Notes: generated by a model not told the origin, from the letters alone. Positions 23,425 to 36,855 are shown, counted from the first letter of the whole stretch. The stretch: DNA of 63,944 bases, filler included, from Reclinomonas americana ATCC 50394 (GCA_048213135.1; 19 parts of 19 records of this genome joined end to end with filler, not necessarily neighbours in it), one strand, 5' to 3'. Made by a program: numbers and translations.

Positions 23425-24576
23425 NNNNNNNNNNNNNNNNNNNNNNNNNNNNNNNNNNNNNNNNNNNNTTAATTAATTAANNNNNNNNNNNNNNNNNNNN
23501 NNNNNNNNNNNNNNNNNNNNNNNNCTCACGGAAGGGCTTCTTCCCTCTGCGATCTAGCCCGGAGGACCGGAACGCTTGACGCTTACGCTGTGGTGTACCT
23601 TATGTAGCTTACTACGTAGCCGGGGTCGTCTTGCTCGTGCACATGCGGTGGGAATTTGCAATATCGATTTCGCGTCGTGATCGCGAATCGCAGCGCACTC
23701 TTCCTCCCTTCGCGATCAAGCCAGACCGCCAGAATGTGTGACGCGTACCACGTGCGGTATACAGCTCACAATGAACTTCCAAATACGAGCTTGCAGATTG
23801 CAGGTGCACTTCGAATTCGCTGGGACTGGTGACAATGTGGCCGAACAGGTGCATGGCCATTCACCTCAGGCGCGTCGAAGCAGTGACGACACAGATCGCT
23901 TGCCGTCGAAAATGTTCAGCTGCGCTGCGCGCCACGACCATTATAGCTGGTCGGCTCAAGATGGTGATCATCATACACCACGTATACGGCTGTGTTGCAG
24001 TTCGGATAAGAGAAGTTGTTGTTGTTCGATTTCGATTTCGACGCCGCAAATTCGAATCGGCTTTCGCCCTTCGAGCCGCAGAGCCTGAAATCATGACGTG
24101 TACGGCGCGCACTTCGCCGGCGTCATAACATAGCCGTGGCAGTTTTTTTGAGCGCAAGTGTATTCTTGCAAATTGATACTGAAATTGAACATGATGCCGT
24201 GCACACCATCAAGGGCCGCAGCCCTCATGAACGCAGAGCATTCTGCGGATCCACGCTCCACGCCTCAGCGGCAGCCAGCAGCGCGACAATGATCTCGTGT
24301 GCGCAAAATCACATTGGATTTGCAATAAATGGCACGAAATCGGACAAATCACGTCTCTTCTGTCGCCAACAGCGCATCCACCTCCCACACCCTTACCCCC
24401 GCACAGTGTCTGTCGTGAATCTCCACACACACACGCCTCACGCCACACGACTTCAATTTCATGACAGGAGTGATGACTGGCGTGTTTTGACAGGTGATAA
24501 ATAGAAATCCGACAGCCAACTTTCGAACACACACACTTTTTCTCTCCTGTCTCTGAGCGAAGACTTTCTCTCCTTT

Positions 24577-25527
24577 ATGTTCCACCAATCACAACAACCC
24601 TTCTGTGCGGCCATGCCACCACCGCCCACCCCACAAGGCGACCTCCTCATCGCCCGCCTCTCCGACATCTTCCACAGTGTGTTTGAGTTGAGTGAGCGCG
24701 CCGACGGTGGTGGCCGCAAGTTCCGCCGCCTGCGTCTGAAGGCCTGGCTATCGGTGAGTGCGTGCGCACACAACGTGCACATGAGTAGCAGGGGAACTGA
24801 TCTCTGTGTGTGTGCATCCACAGCAGTCAGTCGGCGGCATTCGCCTCGACAAGCACACCTGGACGACCTTCTGCAACACCATGTTCGAGTCGGCCGACAC
24901 GCGCTACCGCGTCAAGGACTGCGTGTGGGATCCACATCTCCGGCAAGTGCTCGACGAGCTGCTGCAGCCTCTCGATCGCTCACCCGCCGCCTCTCCACCA
25001 CCACTCCCCCCCTCTCCGCCGCCGGCGGCGGTGGAGTCGTTGCCGATGCAGCTGCCGCAGCAGCAGCCAGTTGTTGTGCATGAGGAGCCAGTTCCCGGGG
25101 TCTTGTATGACTGCCTCGCGTTCTGCCTCCTTATCCACACAACCCTGCTGCTGTCGGCGGCTTCTTCGGTGGCGGCTTCGCCCCTGCTGGCCATGGTGAG
25201 GTGATTGTGGTGCCGGTGGTGACGGTGACGATGCCGGAGTGGTATGCGCCGCCTGCGGAGTACAATGTGGCCGCTGCTCCGTGCGACCAGTGGGCCGAGG
25301 AGTGCACGTACGAGGACTATCCTGCGTTCTTCGCGGAGCAAGGACAGTGTGAATTCGCGGACGAGTTCCTTGACGAGGCGCCGTGTGCGTTCGGCTCGAG
25401 CGACGACGCCATGGACGTGGATGCGTGCGGCGCGTTTGATTTCGCCGAGGATGTGGGTTTCCCGGGGCATGCCTACGCCTATGCAGGCGACGACGATGTG
25501 GAGGCGAGCTATGGCTGGCCGTACTGA
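24577..25527 (+). CDS. Hypothetical protein: basic/aromatic N-terminal domain, Pro/Gln linker, acidic-aromatic C-terminal tail
   Basis: Exon 1 ends ..RKFRRLRLKAWLS|gtgagt. Exon 2 reads ..DKHTWTTFCNTMFE..CVWDPHLRQVLDELL. Last exon 25201-25527 is rich in D/E/F/Y. Second intron boundaries are uncertain. Confidence 0.55.
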
Positions 25528-27043
25528 GGTGTGTGGTGGGTGTTAATAATGAACCCGACGAATGCCAAAAGGGGGAAGGGCGAAGCAGAAAAAGGGGGAT
25601 TCAACAACAAATTCATTCACCAACAAACAAGCAACAGCTGTCTTGATGACCAAGTCCAGCCATATTCAAAACATCAACACTGNNNNNNNNNNNNNNNNNN
25701 NNNNNNNNNNNNNNNNNNNNNNNNNNTTAATTAATTAANNNNNNNNNNNNNNNNNNNNNNNNNNNNNNNNNNNNNNNNNNNNACACCAATCTTGAGGCAG
25801 CAGCAGGTTCCTTGTGTGTGTGTGTTCGCTCTCGGAGCTCCGAACAAGTCGAGAACTGCGATCTTCACCGCATGAAGAAGAGAAGAGAAAGAAAGTTTAA
25901 GTCCGACGCAATGAGATCGAGGAGGAGACAAGGACAAGGCGGTGACGAAAAGAGGCACGGGCTCTGGAGAAATCTTGGTCTCGCGTCACCGGTGCAGAGT
26001 TGAACACAGTCGCCACAGTAGTTGGCGCAACAACAAGTGAGGAGCAAGAGACACGAGGAAGGAGGGCGGGCAGGAAGGAGAAGGGCGCGCGGTGTCGAGG
26101 GAAAGGCAAAGAGAAGCAGAAAAGAGCACTGAATGCTGATAAAGGAGGAGCAAGCATGCTGCAGTGAGTCTGCAAAGAAAAGGGGAGGGAAAGAGGGATG
26201 AGTGACAGTCTTGGTCATACGCGGGCGCCGCTTGACCATTTCCGTTGTTGATTGCGCTCTTCGTCTACGACTTCAGAGAGCCCCGATCACCGCAGAAGAG
26301 TGCGGACAAGGTGGCTCGCTCTCCGAGAAGAGGAAGCCAACAGAAGCGACCCAAAAGGAGTGTCCTCGACTTAGTGTTCGCTACTCTCCTCGAACTTAGT
26401 GTTCGCTACTCTCCTCTCTAACAGCCTCTGGTGGTGATGGCGGTGGTGGTGGCGCCGAGTTGTCGAATGGCGGGGCGGGAAGGTACAAGGCGGCGAGGAA
26501 AGAGAAGGAGAGAGAGTGGGAGGGTGCAGGAGCACGAGGGGGAGAAAGATGCAAGCGCAACTCCGAGTTCGCTGTCTGTTCACTCAGCTCCTCACGTTTC
26601 CATCGCCAGCGGCAGCGGCAGCAGCCTTCCACACTCAAGCCGTTTCTTTTTTCGCGGGAGAATCTGCGCATCTCGCCGGATCGCTGATGAACCGAATCAG
26701 CGCTCTGTTTTCCCGGCTTCTCAGTGCCATCGTTGTCCCCTCTTGTCACTGGATACACAGCACACTCAGGTCACGCTCACACATGGTGCTCCATCGTCTC
26801 ATCGGAGCGGCCTCCGCACTCCGCCATTTGCCATCGAAAGGTACCCTGACATCGAGAGAGAGAGAGAGAGAGAGAGGAGGAGAGAGAGAGAGGAGGAGAG
26901 AGAGAGAGAGAGACGTGTGAGAGAGAGAGTGTGTGTGAGAGAGNNNNNNNNNNNNNNNNNNNNNNNNNNNNNNNNNNNNNNNNNNNNTTAATTAATTAAN
27001 NNNNNNNNNNNNNNNNNNNNNNNNNNNNNNNNNNNNNNNNNNN

Positions 27044-27110
<67 letters not shown>

Positions 27111-27437
27111 GTGTGAGAGAGAGAGTGTGTGTGAGAGAGTGTGAGTGTGAGGTTAAGAAGGAGAGAGTGAGAAGGTGTTTCTCTTCAACACTTCGTGACA
27201 AGAGTGCTATCACGGCACATTCTCTCCTTCCCTTCAGCTCTCTCATTCCCACTCTCTCTCCCCCACTCATCTCTCCTTCGCCACGCACCTCACCTCCGAA
27301 TATGCGCGTGTCGCCGTCCGCGCCATTTCCAGACTCTCTCTCCTCTCACGCAGCCACACTCTCACTCACACTCTCCTCCTTAAGCCTCTCACACCTTTAT
27401 CACACGCACATTCCCCTTTGCCCTCACGCGCTGTGAG

Positions 27438-30054
27438 ATGATGATGCCGATGCAGAGGAATCTCCCAAGATTCACTCTCTCACTCACTCCTTCGCCTCGT
27501 CCTCCTCTCTCAGCGCCCTTGCTCTCCGTCGGTCTGCGTTCCATGAGCTCGACTGCCGGCGATTTCCAAGTTCCGCCCGGCACACCGTGGTTCCCGCGCA
27601 GCATTGGCGAGCTGGACGAGCTCAAGTATCGCATCCTGGAGGGCGGTGATCAGCTGGAGGTGCGATCCCACACAAAGGAAGCTTTGTTTATGTTGTTGTG
27701 CTGAGCTGGGTGGTATGTGCAATCAGGCCGATCATCCCGGTTTCAACGATCCGGCATACAGGCGCCGTCGTGAGAAGATTACACAAAAGGCCATTGAGTA
27801 CAACTAGTTGCGTCCGCTGTGTGGGAGAAGGATGGCGATTGCTCCCTCTCTCTGTCGCCTTCTTCCTCCTCCTCATTCCTCTTGTCTTGCTTCTGTTCTC
27901 TGCTGTTCGTTCTCCCCGTGATCTTCGTCATCTCGTTCTCTTCCGTTCTCTGTTGCTGTCTGTTGCTCGCCCTCCTCCTCATCCTGTTATCTTGTCCTTC
28001 TTCTACTTTTCCTCCTCCTCCCTCCCTCTCTTTCCCTGCTCTTTCTCGGGTGCTCTATGTCTTCGTTTTCCTCCATTCCTGGTCGCTGTCCGCATTTCGT
28101 TTTCCCTCTCTTTCTCTCTTGGCTATTTCCCGGGTGCTCTTTTGTTCGTTATCATCATCCTCCAGCTGGCTCCATTCCGTGTCGCTCTCTGCATTTCGGG
28201 GGTTTCTCCTTTCTCTCTGTCCATATTCTTCTCCGTTCACCTCCTCACACGCTTGTCTTGGCTGTATTCTTTGTTGCTCTCTGCTGTTCGTTCTCATATC
28301 TCTCACGTGCTCTCTCGCTCGTTCTCGCTTTCTCTCGCGCGCTCTCTCTCTCTGTCTCTCTCATTTTCGTTCTCACTCGCTCTCTCGCTCTCACTCGCTC
28401 TCTCGCTCTCACTCGCTCTCTCGCTCTCAGTCGCTCTCTCGCTCTCACTCGCTCTGTCGCTCTCACTCGCTCTGTCGCTCTCACTCGCTCTGTCGCTCCC
28501 ACTCGCTCTGTCGCTCTCACTCGCTCTGTCGCTCTCACTCGCTCTGTCGCTCTCACTCGCTCTGTCGCTCTCACTCGCTCTGTCGCTCTCACTCGCTCTG
28601 TCGCTCTCACTCCCTCCCTCCCTCCATCCCTCTCCCCCTCCCTCCCTCCCTCCCTCCCTCCCTCTCATCCTTCCCCCTTCTATCCCTTCTCTCCTCTGCC
28701 TTGCAGTGGCGACAAGCTCCCGGACTGCGAGTACTCGGCCGAGGAGAACAAGGTGTGGACAGTGGTGTACGACGAGTTGATGCGGCGGTACCCGACGCAC
28801 GCGTGCGACGAGTTCCTGGAGGTGCTGCCGCTGATGCCCTACGATCGCCGGTTTATTCCGCAAATCAGCGCCATCACCTCGGTGTTGCAGCGTTGCGTCT
28901 CTCCTCCACGTACCACGAACGAGAGGACGATGTTCTCACTGCACGAGGCGCACAGCGTTGACGGGATGGACGCTGCGGCCGGTGGCGGGGCTCTTGTCGG
29001 CGCGTGACTTTATCAACGCACTAGCCTTCAAGGTGTTCCACTCGACGCAGTACATTCGACACCCGTCGGTGCCTTTCTACACCCCAGAGCCGTTGCGTTT
29101 GAGAGGGATTTTATGCTCATTCTTCGTGTCGGCGTGCGCTGTACTCCTCCTTTGACGTCGGCGTGCTCTGTACTCCTCCTTTCTCGTCGTCGGCGTGCTC
29201 TGCACTCCTCCTCCCCCACGTCGGCGTTCTCTGCACTCTTCTCTCACGTCGGCGTACTCTGCATTCTTCCCTCACGTCGGCGTGCTGTGCACTCCTCCTC
29301 CCTCACGTCNNNNNNNNNNNNNNNNNNNNNNNNNNNNNNNNNNNNNNNNNNNNTTAATTAATTAANNNNNNNNNNNNNNNNNNNNNNNNNNNNNNNNNNN
29401 NNNNNNNNNTGTCGTCGGCGTGCTCTGCACTCCTCCTCCCTCACGTCGGCGTGCTCTGCACTCCTCCTCCCTCACGTCGGCGTGCTCCACACTCCTCTCT
29501 GTCGTCGGCGTGCTCTGCACTCCTCTCTGTCGTCGGCGTGCTGTGCACTCCTCTCTGTCGTCGGCGTGCTGTGCACTCCTCTCTGTCGTCGGCGTGCTGT
29601 GCACTCCTCCTCCCTCACGTCGGCGTGCTGTGCACTCCTCCTCTCTCACGTCGGCGTGCTCTGCACTCCTCTCTGTCGTCGGCGTGCTCTGCACTCCTCT
29701 CTGTCGTCGGCGTGCTGTGCACTCCTCCCTCTCTCTGGAACTGAAAAGCCGTTCTCGTCACAGTGACATCGTGCACGAGTTCATGGGCCACGCGCCGATG
29801 TTTGGCAATCCCGAGTTTGCCGAGTTTTCGCAGACCATCGGCCTCCTCTCGCTTGGCGTGTCGGATCATGCGCTGACCCAGTTGGCACGCGTTGCGTATT
29901 CTTTATACATCCTTTGCGTTCTCCTTCCACTCCCCTCTCAATTCAACCCCTGGTGCAGTGCTACTGGTTCACTGTGGAATTCGGCCTCACCAAGCAGTCC
30001 AATGGACTGCGCGCGTACGGTGCGGGTCTCCTCTCCAGCTTTGGCGAGCTCGAG
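27438..30054 (+). CDS. PAH: Pterin-dependent aromatic amino-acid hydroxylase (phenylalanine 4-hydroxylase-like), partial
   Basis: [119 protein letters not shown], with Fe ligands H, H and E intact. Introns at 27660, 27807, 28892, 29092 and 29891. Possible last exon from 31670. Confidence 0.93.
28373..28610. repeat. Intronic 18-nt tandem repeat (TCACTCGCTCTGTCGCTC)
   Basis: About 13 near-perfect copies in PAH intron 27807-28706. Confidence 0.95.
29127..29727. repeat. Intronic minisatellite (GTCGGCGTGCTGTGCACTCCTC core, ~28-34-nt units), spans a gap
   Basis: Many copies on both sides of the 29310-29409 gap in PAH intron 29092-29763. Confidence 0.95.
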
Positions 30055-30749
30055 GTGAGCGGAGGGTGATGCAGTAAGCGGGGGAGAGAACGAGAGACAC
30101 AGGACACTGATATCGATTTTGTCTTTTGTCTGTGTCACCTGTTCGTCTTCTCTCTCCTCTCTTCTCTCTCTCTCTCTCTCTGTGAATCTTCAATTTCGCG
30201 CTTCATTCTGCGCTCCTGTCCTGCGCTTTTCTCATTCTCTGCATTGCACGATCCATGTCTTTTCTCCCACTGTTATGTCTCGATTGTTCTCTCACGTATG
30301 ATGTCGGCGTCTCTACCCACTCGCTTAGCTGCTCAACCTCATTTTGCTGCCAGTCCATGATCACTTCGCCAGGGTTCTGTGTCTGCTCTGTCGCACAACC
30401 TATATCGCTCGATGCATGTCCACTTTTCCGAGGCATGTGTTTCATTGCACACATTCCGCACAGCACTTACTTTGCTCTCGTTTCTCTCCCTCCTCTTCTC
30501 TCCTCTCCTTCCTCTATCTCCTTCCCCCTTTCCTTCCCCTTTTCCTTCCCCCTTTCCGTCCCCTTTCCTCCCCTTCTCCTTCCCCGTTCTCCTTCCCCGT
30601 NNNNNNNNNNNNNNNNNNNNNNNNNNNNNNNNNNNNNNNNNNNNTTAATTAATTAANNNNNNNNNNNNNNNNNNNNNNNNNNNNNNNNNNNNNNNNNNNN
30701 TCTCGTCTCTCTCGTCTCTCGTCTCTCTCTCTCTCGTCTCTCTCGTCTC

Positions 30750-30846
<97 letters not shown>

Positions 30847-31847
30847 CGTGGTCAAGGAATCAGCGCTGCTCACCCGTCTGCCTCTCGCCTCCTTTCACCT
30901 TGGTTGTGACAAAGGACTGTGTGTGTCCCTAACTTCTATCTTGTGCCCCTCTCGCTGCTCACCCTGTCTCCTCTCACCTCACCTTACCTCGGGGCTTGAC
31001 AAGTGGAAAGCGTGTTCCTAACTTCTATCTGGATCTCCTCTCGCTGCTTACCTTGTCTCCTCTCGCCTCATCTCACCGTGGTTGACACGTGCACCGAAAG
31101 AGGTTGTTCCTGATCTCTCTCCTGCTATCTCCCGTCTCTGTTCCGAGGCGATCTGGATGTGCTCTGGTGCTCCCGGAATTCTCTCTGTTGTCGCTCTCAT
31201 TCCCATGCTCTCACTCTGCTACGATTCGCTGGAGAGCATCCGCACGTGTTGGGTTTACTCACTCCACTTGCGTGTGCTGTCTCTCTCGTTCCGATGCTCT
31301 CTGCCTGCTCTCATTTCCGATGCTCTCTTCTTGCTCTCGTTGCTGATGCTCTCTTCATTTCTGTTCTCATTCTCTTGTCGTTGTTTGATGACGCTACTCC
31401 TGAGCGTGCTCGATGAATGCTAACTGTGCTTATGAAGAGCCAGCTGTGCTGTGCACCTCATTTCTCCTTTCATCACTCTCACTCTCATTCTCCTATCGTT
31501 CCTCGCCACTTCAGTTCTTCTTCTTGCTCTGTGTTTGAATTGTGTGCCGGTCGTGCTCTCACGCCATGTCTCCTCTCTGTCTATTCCTCTTTTCTCGCCG
31601 GTCCACATAAATTTATCTCTCGCTGCACGATCAGCTCTTCTCCAGACGTCTCACTTTCCCTCTTCGCAGATCGCGCGCCACTCGGTTACCGCCGCCGCCG
31701 CCGCCGCTGCCTCTGCCTCCACCCCGTTCTCCACCAAGCCAGCTTTGTAGTGGGACGAGTGTCAGTTCTTCCGCGCTCAGGCGGATTATTGGAGCGTATC
31801 GGAGTGTTTTGTTGTAAAGTTGTCAGCATATTCTATTCATCGCATCA

Positions 31848-34800
31848 TTATTCCGCCTCCTCTCCAACGTCCTCCTCCTCCAATTCTGCTTGCGCGCCAT
31901 CTTCCGTGGCCCGCAGCAGCACACCACGTGTGAATCGATGGTGAATCTCCGCCGGCGAGAGATCAGCCGCACATGTTTCGCACATGAATTTGTACTCGTC
32001 CAGCATCTCGGCCGTCTCGTCATCCTCGCCGATATCACAGCAGGTAAAGTGGAACCAGTCCTCGCATTTCGTGCATTGCACGCTACCTTCCTCCTCCGCC
32101 GAGTCGCAGTAGCAGTAGCGAACACGGAAATTGTGGTTGTAGCTGCCGGTGAGTCAGCACACAAATGCCCTGCGCAGTGCGACTTTCTCGCTCACGTACC
32201 GATTCATCTCATTCACACCGTTCTTGCCAGGTCGCACACAGCAGTGCACGTTGCCTGCGATAAGGAAAGCGAGTGTTAGTCGAGGCCGGCGTGGCGAAGG
32301 TGGTGTCTTCGCAGCTCTAGCATTACCACATCCTGTGCTAAGTATCTGATTTCTAGTTCTTTGTCATGGTTGCGTTTTCTTTCTTGCTATCCTTAATCTG
32401 CCTCCCCTCGCTCACCCTCTCNNNNNNNNNNNNNNNNNNNNNNNNNNNNNNNNNNNNNNNNNNNNTTAATTAATTAANNNNNNNNNNNNNNNNNNNNNNN
32501 NNNNNNNNNNNNNNNNNNNNNTTGTCGCCCTCTCTGCTTGTCACTCTCTCCTGAAGTGTACGTGTGTCTTCAATAACAGATGTTGCGTCAACAATCAGCG
32601 CCTCGCTTCCTGTTTCTCAGCATTTCTGTCGCTAATGGTTCCTCCCGAACAACTGTTCCAATCAGTCTCTCCTCCTCACTCTCTTCTTGTCTTTTCATGT
32701 TGCAGTTTGCTTGCGCCCACTCGTACTTCACAGAAACACTCCCCCGCTGTAATTACACTTCTCTCCTCCATTGTATCGCTTGTTCAGTCACTTGCGGAAC
32801 CTTCTTCGTGCTATCTCTCTCTCAGTTCTCATTTCTCTTCCTTCGTCAAGGTTACTTCCCCACCCTTACACGTTCTGTCTCCCTCCCTCTCCACTCCGGC
32901 AGCGCCTCCTGTTACTTCCTTGCCAACACTCTTGAACCGAAATCATTCCTTATAAATTCACGCCCTCTCTTCTCTCCTATCATTACTCGCTCATGCCTTT
33001 AGTTGCAGTCAGTCCAGCACTTCTTGTTTCTATTCCTTCATCAGGGTTGCTCTCTATTGTATGCCCTCGCTCACCCTCCATCACCCTTAGCGCTCCCTGC
33101 CTCATCTGCCTCCCCTTTCGCTTTTTCTCCTCCCATCCCCCTTTCTCTCAATACCCCACCTGGCAACCTCTGCGTCCCACAATCACAGCGAAAATCACTC
33201 TTGATCCCGATGGGCACACACGTATGCCCCCGATTGCGGTGACACGATTTCGCGCACGCCTTGCACACGCCGGCCAACTGGTGGTCTCGTGAGCACACCC
33301 CTGCAACCATTTCTCAAGAGTCATAAGGATAGCGCACCTGGCCGTTCTCTTTGATGCATGTGCGACACACGTAGACCAGCTGACGCACATATCCAGTGTC
33401 GTATGTGCACGTTCCTATAACGTCGTCACTGCTGTCATCAGAGTCGTCGTCATCGCCATCAACACCGTCGTCATTGCCATCTACTTCGTCGTCGTCCAGA
33501 GAATCAATCATCCACTCTGGCAGTGCGTGTGCTGGAGATGGGGTACGTGAGAGAGAATCGACAGCGAATGCAAGACATGCCATACGCACCGCTCGATAAT
33601 GGCGGCAGCACCAATACCACCCCGGTTGGAGAACAAACGGCGAGTAGTGGAGGTTCCTCACACAAGATCGCTGAGGTCATGTCGGCAATATCCGTCTTGT
33701 AGCGGAACAGCTGAGAACTCTTGATGGTGCTCCACACGTGCTGAACGAGAACTCGTTGGTGAACAACACGGATCACCTATGCCGCCACTCAAAACACGTA
33801 CCACTGTTCCATCATCCTGCGACGACATGACCATGTCATCGCCGAGGAATTGCGGCTTGCGCTCATTGTACGCGGCATGATGATCGTCCGTGCTGTCACA
33901 AGGGACGAGAAAAGTGATGAGCATCCACAAGAGAACCCCGGGAAGGTAAGATGCAGCGCACCGCCATTTTGCGCGCGTCGTATCGTAAAGATCGTAGAGC
34001 AGCAGAGCATTGCTTGTGCTCACGGCCAGTTCACGCGTGCTTTCATGCAGCGCAATGCCTGTGACTCGCGTCTGGGACAGAGACATTTCAGTGAGAGAAA
34101 AAATTATCGGCATTCAACATCCAGGCACAGGGAGTACGAGAGAGAATGACAATGTGTGCGCATGTACAAGTGCTCTCTCTCTCTCTCTCTCTGTCTCTGT
34201 GCCGGTCTCTGTCTGTCCCTTTCTCTGCCTGCCCTGTCTCTGCCTGCCCGTTTCTCTGCCAGCCCCTTTCTCTGCCTGCCCCTTTCTCAGCTGTCCCTTT
34301 CTCAACTACACAACGCTGGTCCTCCTTGTGATGAATTCGTCTCACATGCACTGTCCTTCTCTCTCTCTCTCTCTTTGCCTTTCTCTCTGCACTGTCCTCC
34401 TTCTGTTAGCTTCCGCTGTCCTCTCTCTCTCTCTCTGCCTGTCTATCTCTTTCTGCTCCTGTCTCAACTGCACAATCGCTAGTTCTCCCCGTGATTCACT
34501 CGCTTTCGTGCTATCCTTCTGTGTCACCCTCTCTCTACGTGTCTCTGTCTTCCCTTCTCAACTNNNNNNNNNNNNNNNNNNNNNNNNNNNNNNNNNNNNN
34601 NNNNNNNTTAATTAATTAANNNNNNNNNNNNNNNNNNNNNNNNNNNNNNNNNNNNNNNNNNNNGCACAGACGCTGGTCGTCTTTGTCATTTAGTCGCTCT
34701 CGCCCTTCCTTAATCTCTCTCCCCTCAATCTCTCTCTCTCCCTCCCTCCCTCCTTCCCTCCCTCCCTCCATTGCCCTCCGTCTCCCTTCCTCTCCAGGCT

Positions 34801-36501
34801 TTTCCCTTTCTCAACAGCCACCTCCTTCTGGTGCACTCTCCTACTCTCTGCATACGCACCGGAAAGACAGCTGAAAAAGGCGGCTGTGCGTCCACCACAC
34901 GCATATCCCACATGCGTATGACACTCGAGTCTTCGCCATCACCAATGCTCGACACGGTGACCAGCAGCTGATCGTCGGACGACATCTGCGGCACGCGCGA
35001 ATGAGAACACATGACTCCACGCGACAGGAGACAAACAAGCGCCTCACCTCACAGTCGGTGATCAACTCAAACTGTGGGCACTCGACGCGCCTCGGATCAG
35101 CTCCATCCTCGCGCAAATCCCACACCACGAAGCAGCCGCGACCGCCGAGCACCGCAGTCTTGGGGTGCACCCGCGAGGGGGCGATTCCGCACCACATGTA
35201 CATGCCATTGTCTGCGCGCGTGGACACGGCAGCGGACATGGGGAATGGGCCGAGATAGGCACCGTGCGACACATCGTCCACGACCAGTGCCACGGGTGCG
35301 TGACTGGAGAATGTGCTGTTTTTGGGGCACACGCGTCAGCACCTCGTCGCCACTGCTCACATCACAAAGACGCAACATGAAAAGCACCGTGCCATCGCAC
35401 GACCACGCCATTTTCTGAATCATGTTGCAAAACACCTCCGAGGTATCCTCCGGACCCATTACCCGCAATCTCTCGCTCCGCCGCCGTTGCGATTTGTCGT
35501 ACACGAACACGATGGGCATGTTGTCGGTGTCGACGGCGGCGATGAGCACGACGCCGTCTTTTCGCAGGCAGCTGACGGCAAGCGGGCCTGCGGTGGGGAA
35601 TGAGGGAGAAGGGGGAGAAGGGGGAAGGAGGGAGAAGGAGGGAGAAGGAGGGAGAAGGAGGGAGAAGGGGGAGAAAAGGGAGAAGGGGGAAAGGGAGTGA
35701 GGGAAGGGGGCAGGGGAAGGGGAAGGGTCTGCAAAAGAGAGGAGGTAAACAGAGAGATCTATGTGCAAGCAGCTGACTGCCTGTGGACCTGCAGAGAGCA
35801 ACAAAGGGAGAAGGGCAAGGAAGCAAAAGGGAAAAGAGGAAAAGGGATAGAGAGTAACGGCGGGAGGAGAAATGCTGAGCTCTCTCTCTCTCTCTCTCTG
35901 TCTGTCTCTGTCTCTCTCTCTCTCTCTCTCATCGTCATCTTCTGCCGCTCTGTGCTTGCTTCTCCTCTGCTCCTGTCCGTATGTGGGGGAGTGAGGAGTG
36001 GGGTTAACAAAAGAATGAAAACGGATGCTTGCAAGAGAGAGATGTAATTGCAAAAAGGTGCCAGCCAGAGATCTCTTGGACACCAACAGTAGAGCAGACG
36101 ACACGAGAACAAGAAATTGGGAAGGGATGAAGAACAACAGCAAGCAGAAAGCGGCGAAGGGCGAAGAAGAGCGAGTCAGTGGAGGGAGAGAACGTAAAGG
36201 AAAGAGGCAGAGAGAAGAAGGAGAATAGCAGCGGATGCGGACTGCATGCATGTCAGAAAGAGACTGAGAGAGGCGAGAGATGGGGGACGAGGGATTGCTT
36301 GACAATAAATCGAACAGTGAGTGAGAAAATGCACGGAGTGAGTGACAAGAAGAGAGCAAGAGTGAAACAGGAGAATGGTAATGGATGAGGTTGGCTTGCT
36401 TATGAGAGGAAGAAGGAGAGAGAGAAGGGATAGAAATCAGGGAGAGATAGATCGGAAAAACTCGTCATCGTTGCCTCTCTCTCTCTGTCTCCTCGCTCCT
36501 C

Positions 36502-36533
<32 letters not shown>

Positions 36534-36806
36534 GTACTCGTCTCTCTCCCTCTACTCGACTCGTACTACGTCCGTAAGTCCGTTACGTACCGNNNNNNNN
36601 NNNNNNNNNNNNNNNNNNNNNNNNNNNNNNNNNNNNTTAATTAATTAANNNNNNNNNNNNNNNNNNNNNNNNNNNNNNNNNNNNNNNNNNNNGGGAAAGG
36701 AAGGAAGGAAGAGAGAGAAGGTAAGTAAAGTAACGTAACGGAGGAGAGTAGTACGTAAACGTAACGTACTACTCGTTCGTCGTCTCTCTCTCTCTCTCTC
36801 CTCCTC

Positions 36807-36855
<49 letters not shown>

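Noticed and set aside
23525..24500. Candidate snRNA/ncRNA, searched for because of the unusual donors
   Set aside because: No U1, U2, U5 or U6 signature recognisable by eye here or elsewhere in the window; needs an Infernal search.
25785..26850. Possible minus-strand gene with a duplicated 22-nt CTTAGTGTTCGCTACTCTCCTC
   Set aside because: Splice-like signals are present but no consistent frame or recognisable motif could be assembled.
27802..27807. In-frame TAG in PAH (AAC TAG) suggesting stop-codon reassignment
   Set aside because: The G is the first base of a GTTGCGT intron and splicing gives TAT (Tyr). In-frame stops in the traced genes resolve by introns, and genes end in TAA/TGA.
27698..29007. 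Long ORFs of Leu/Ser or Arg/Glu repeats (also 4470-5626, 44820-46794, 51820-52832, 55144-56154)
   Set aside because: Stop-poor CT/GA low-complexity intron sequence, not protein coding.
29127..29727. CRISPR-like array of ~30-nt repeats (also 39219-39465 and 40244-40517)
   Set aside because: No unique spacers and no cas genes; these are plain tandem repeats inside eukaryotic introns.
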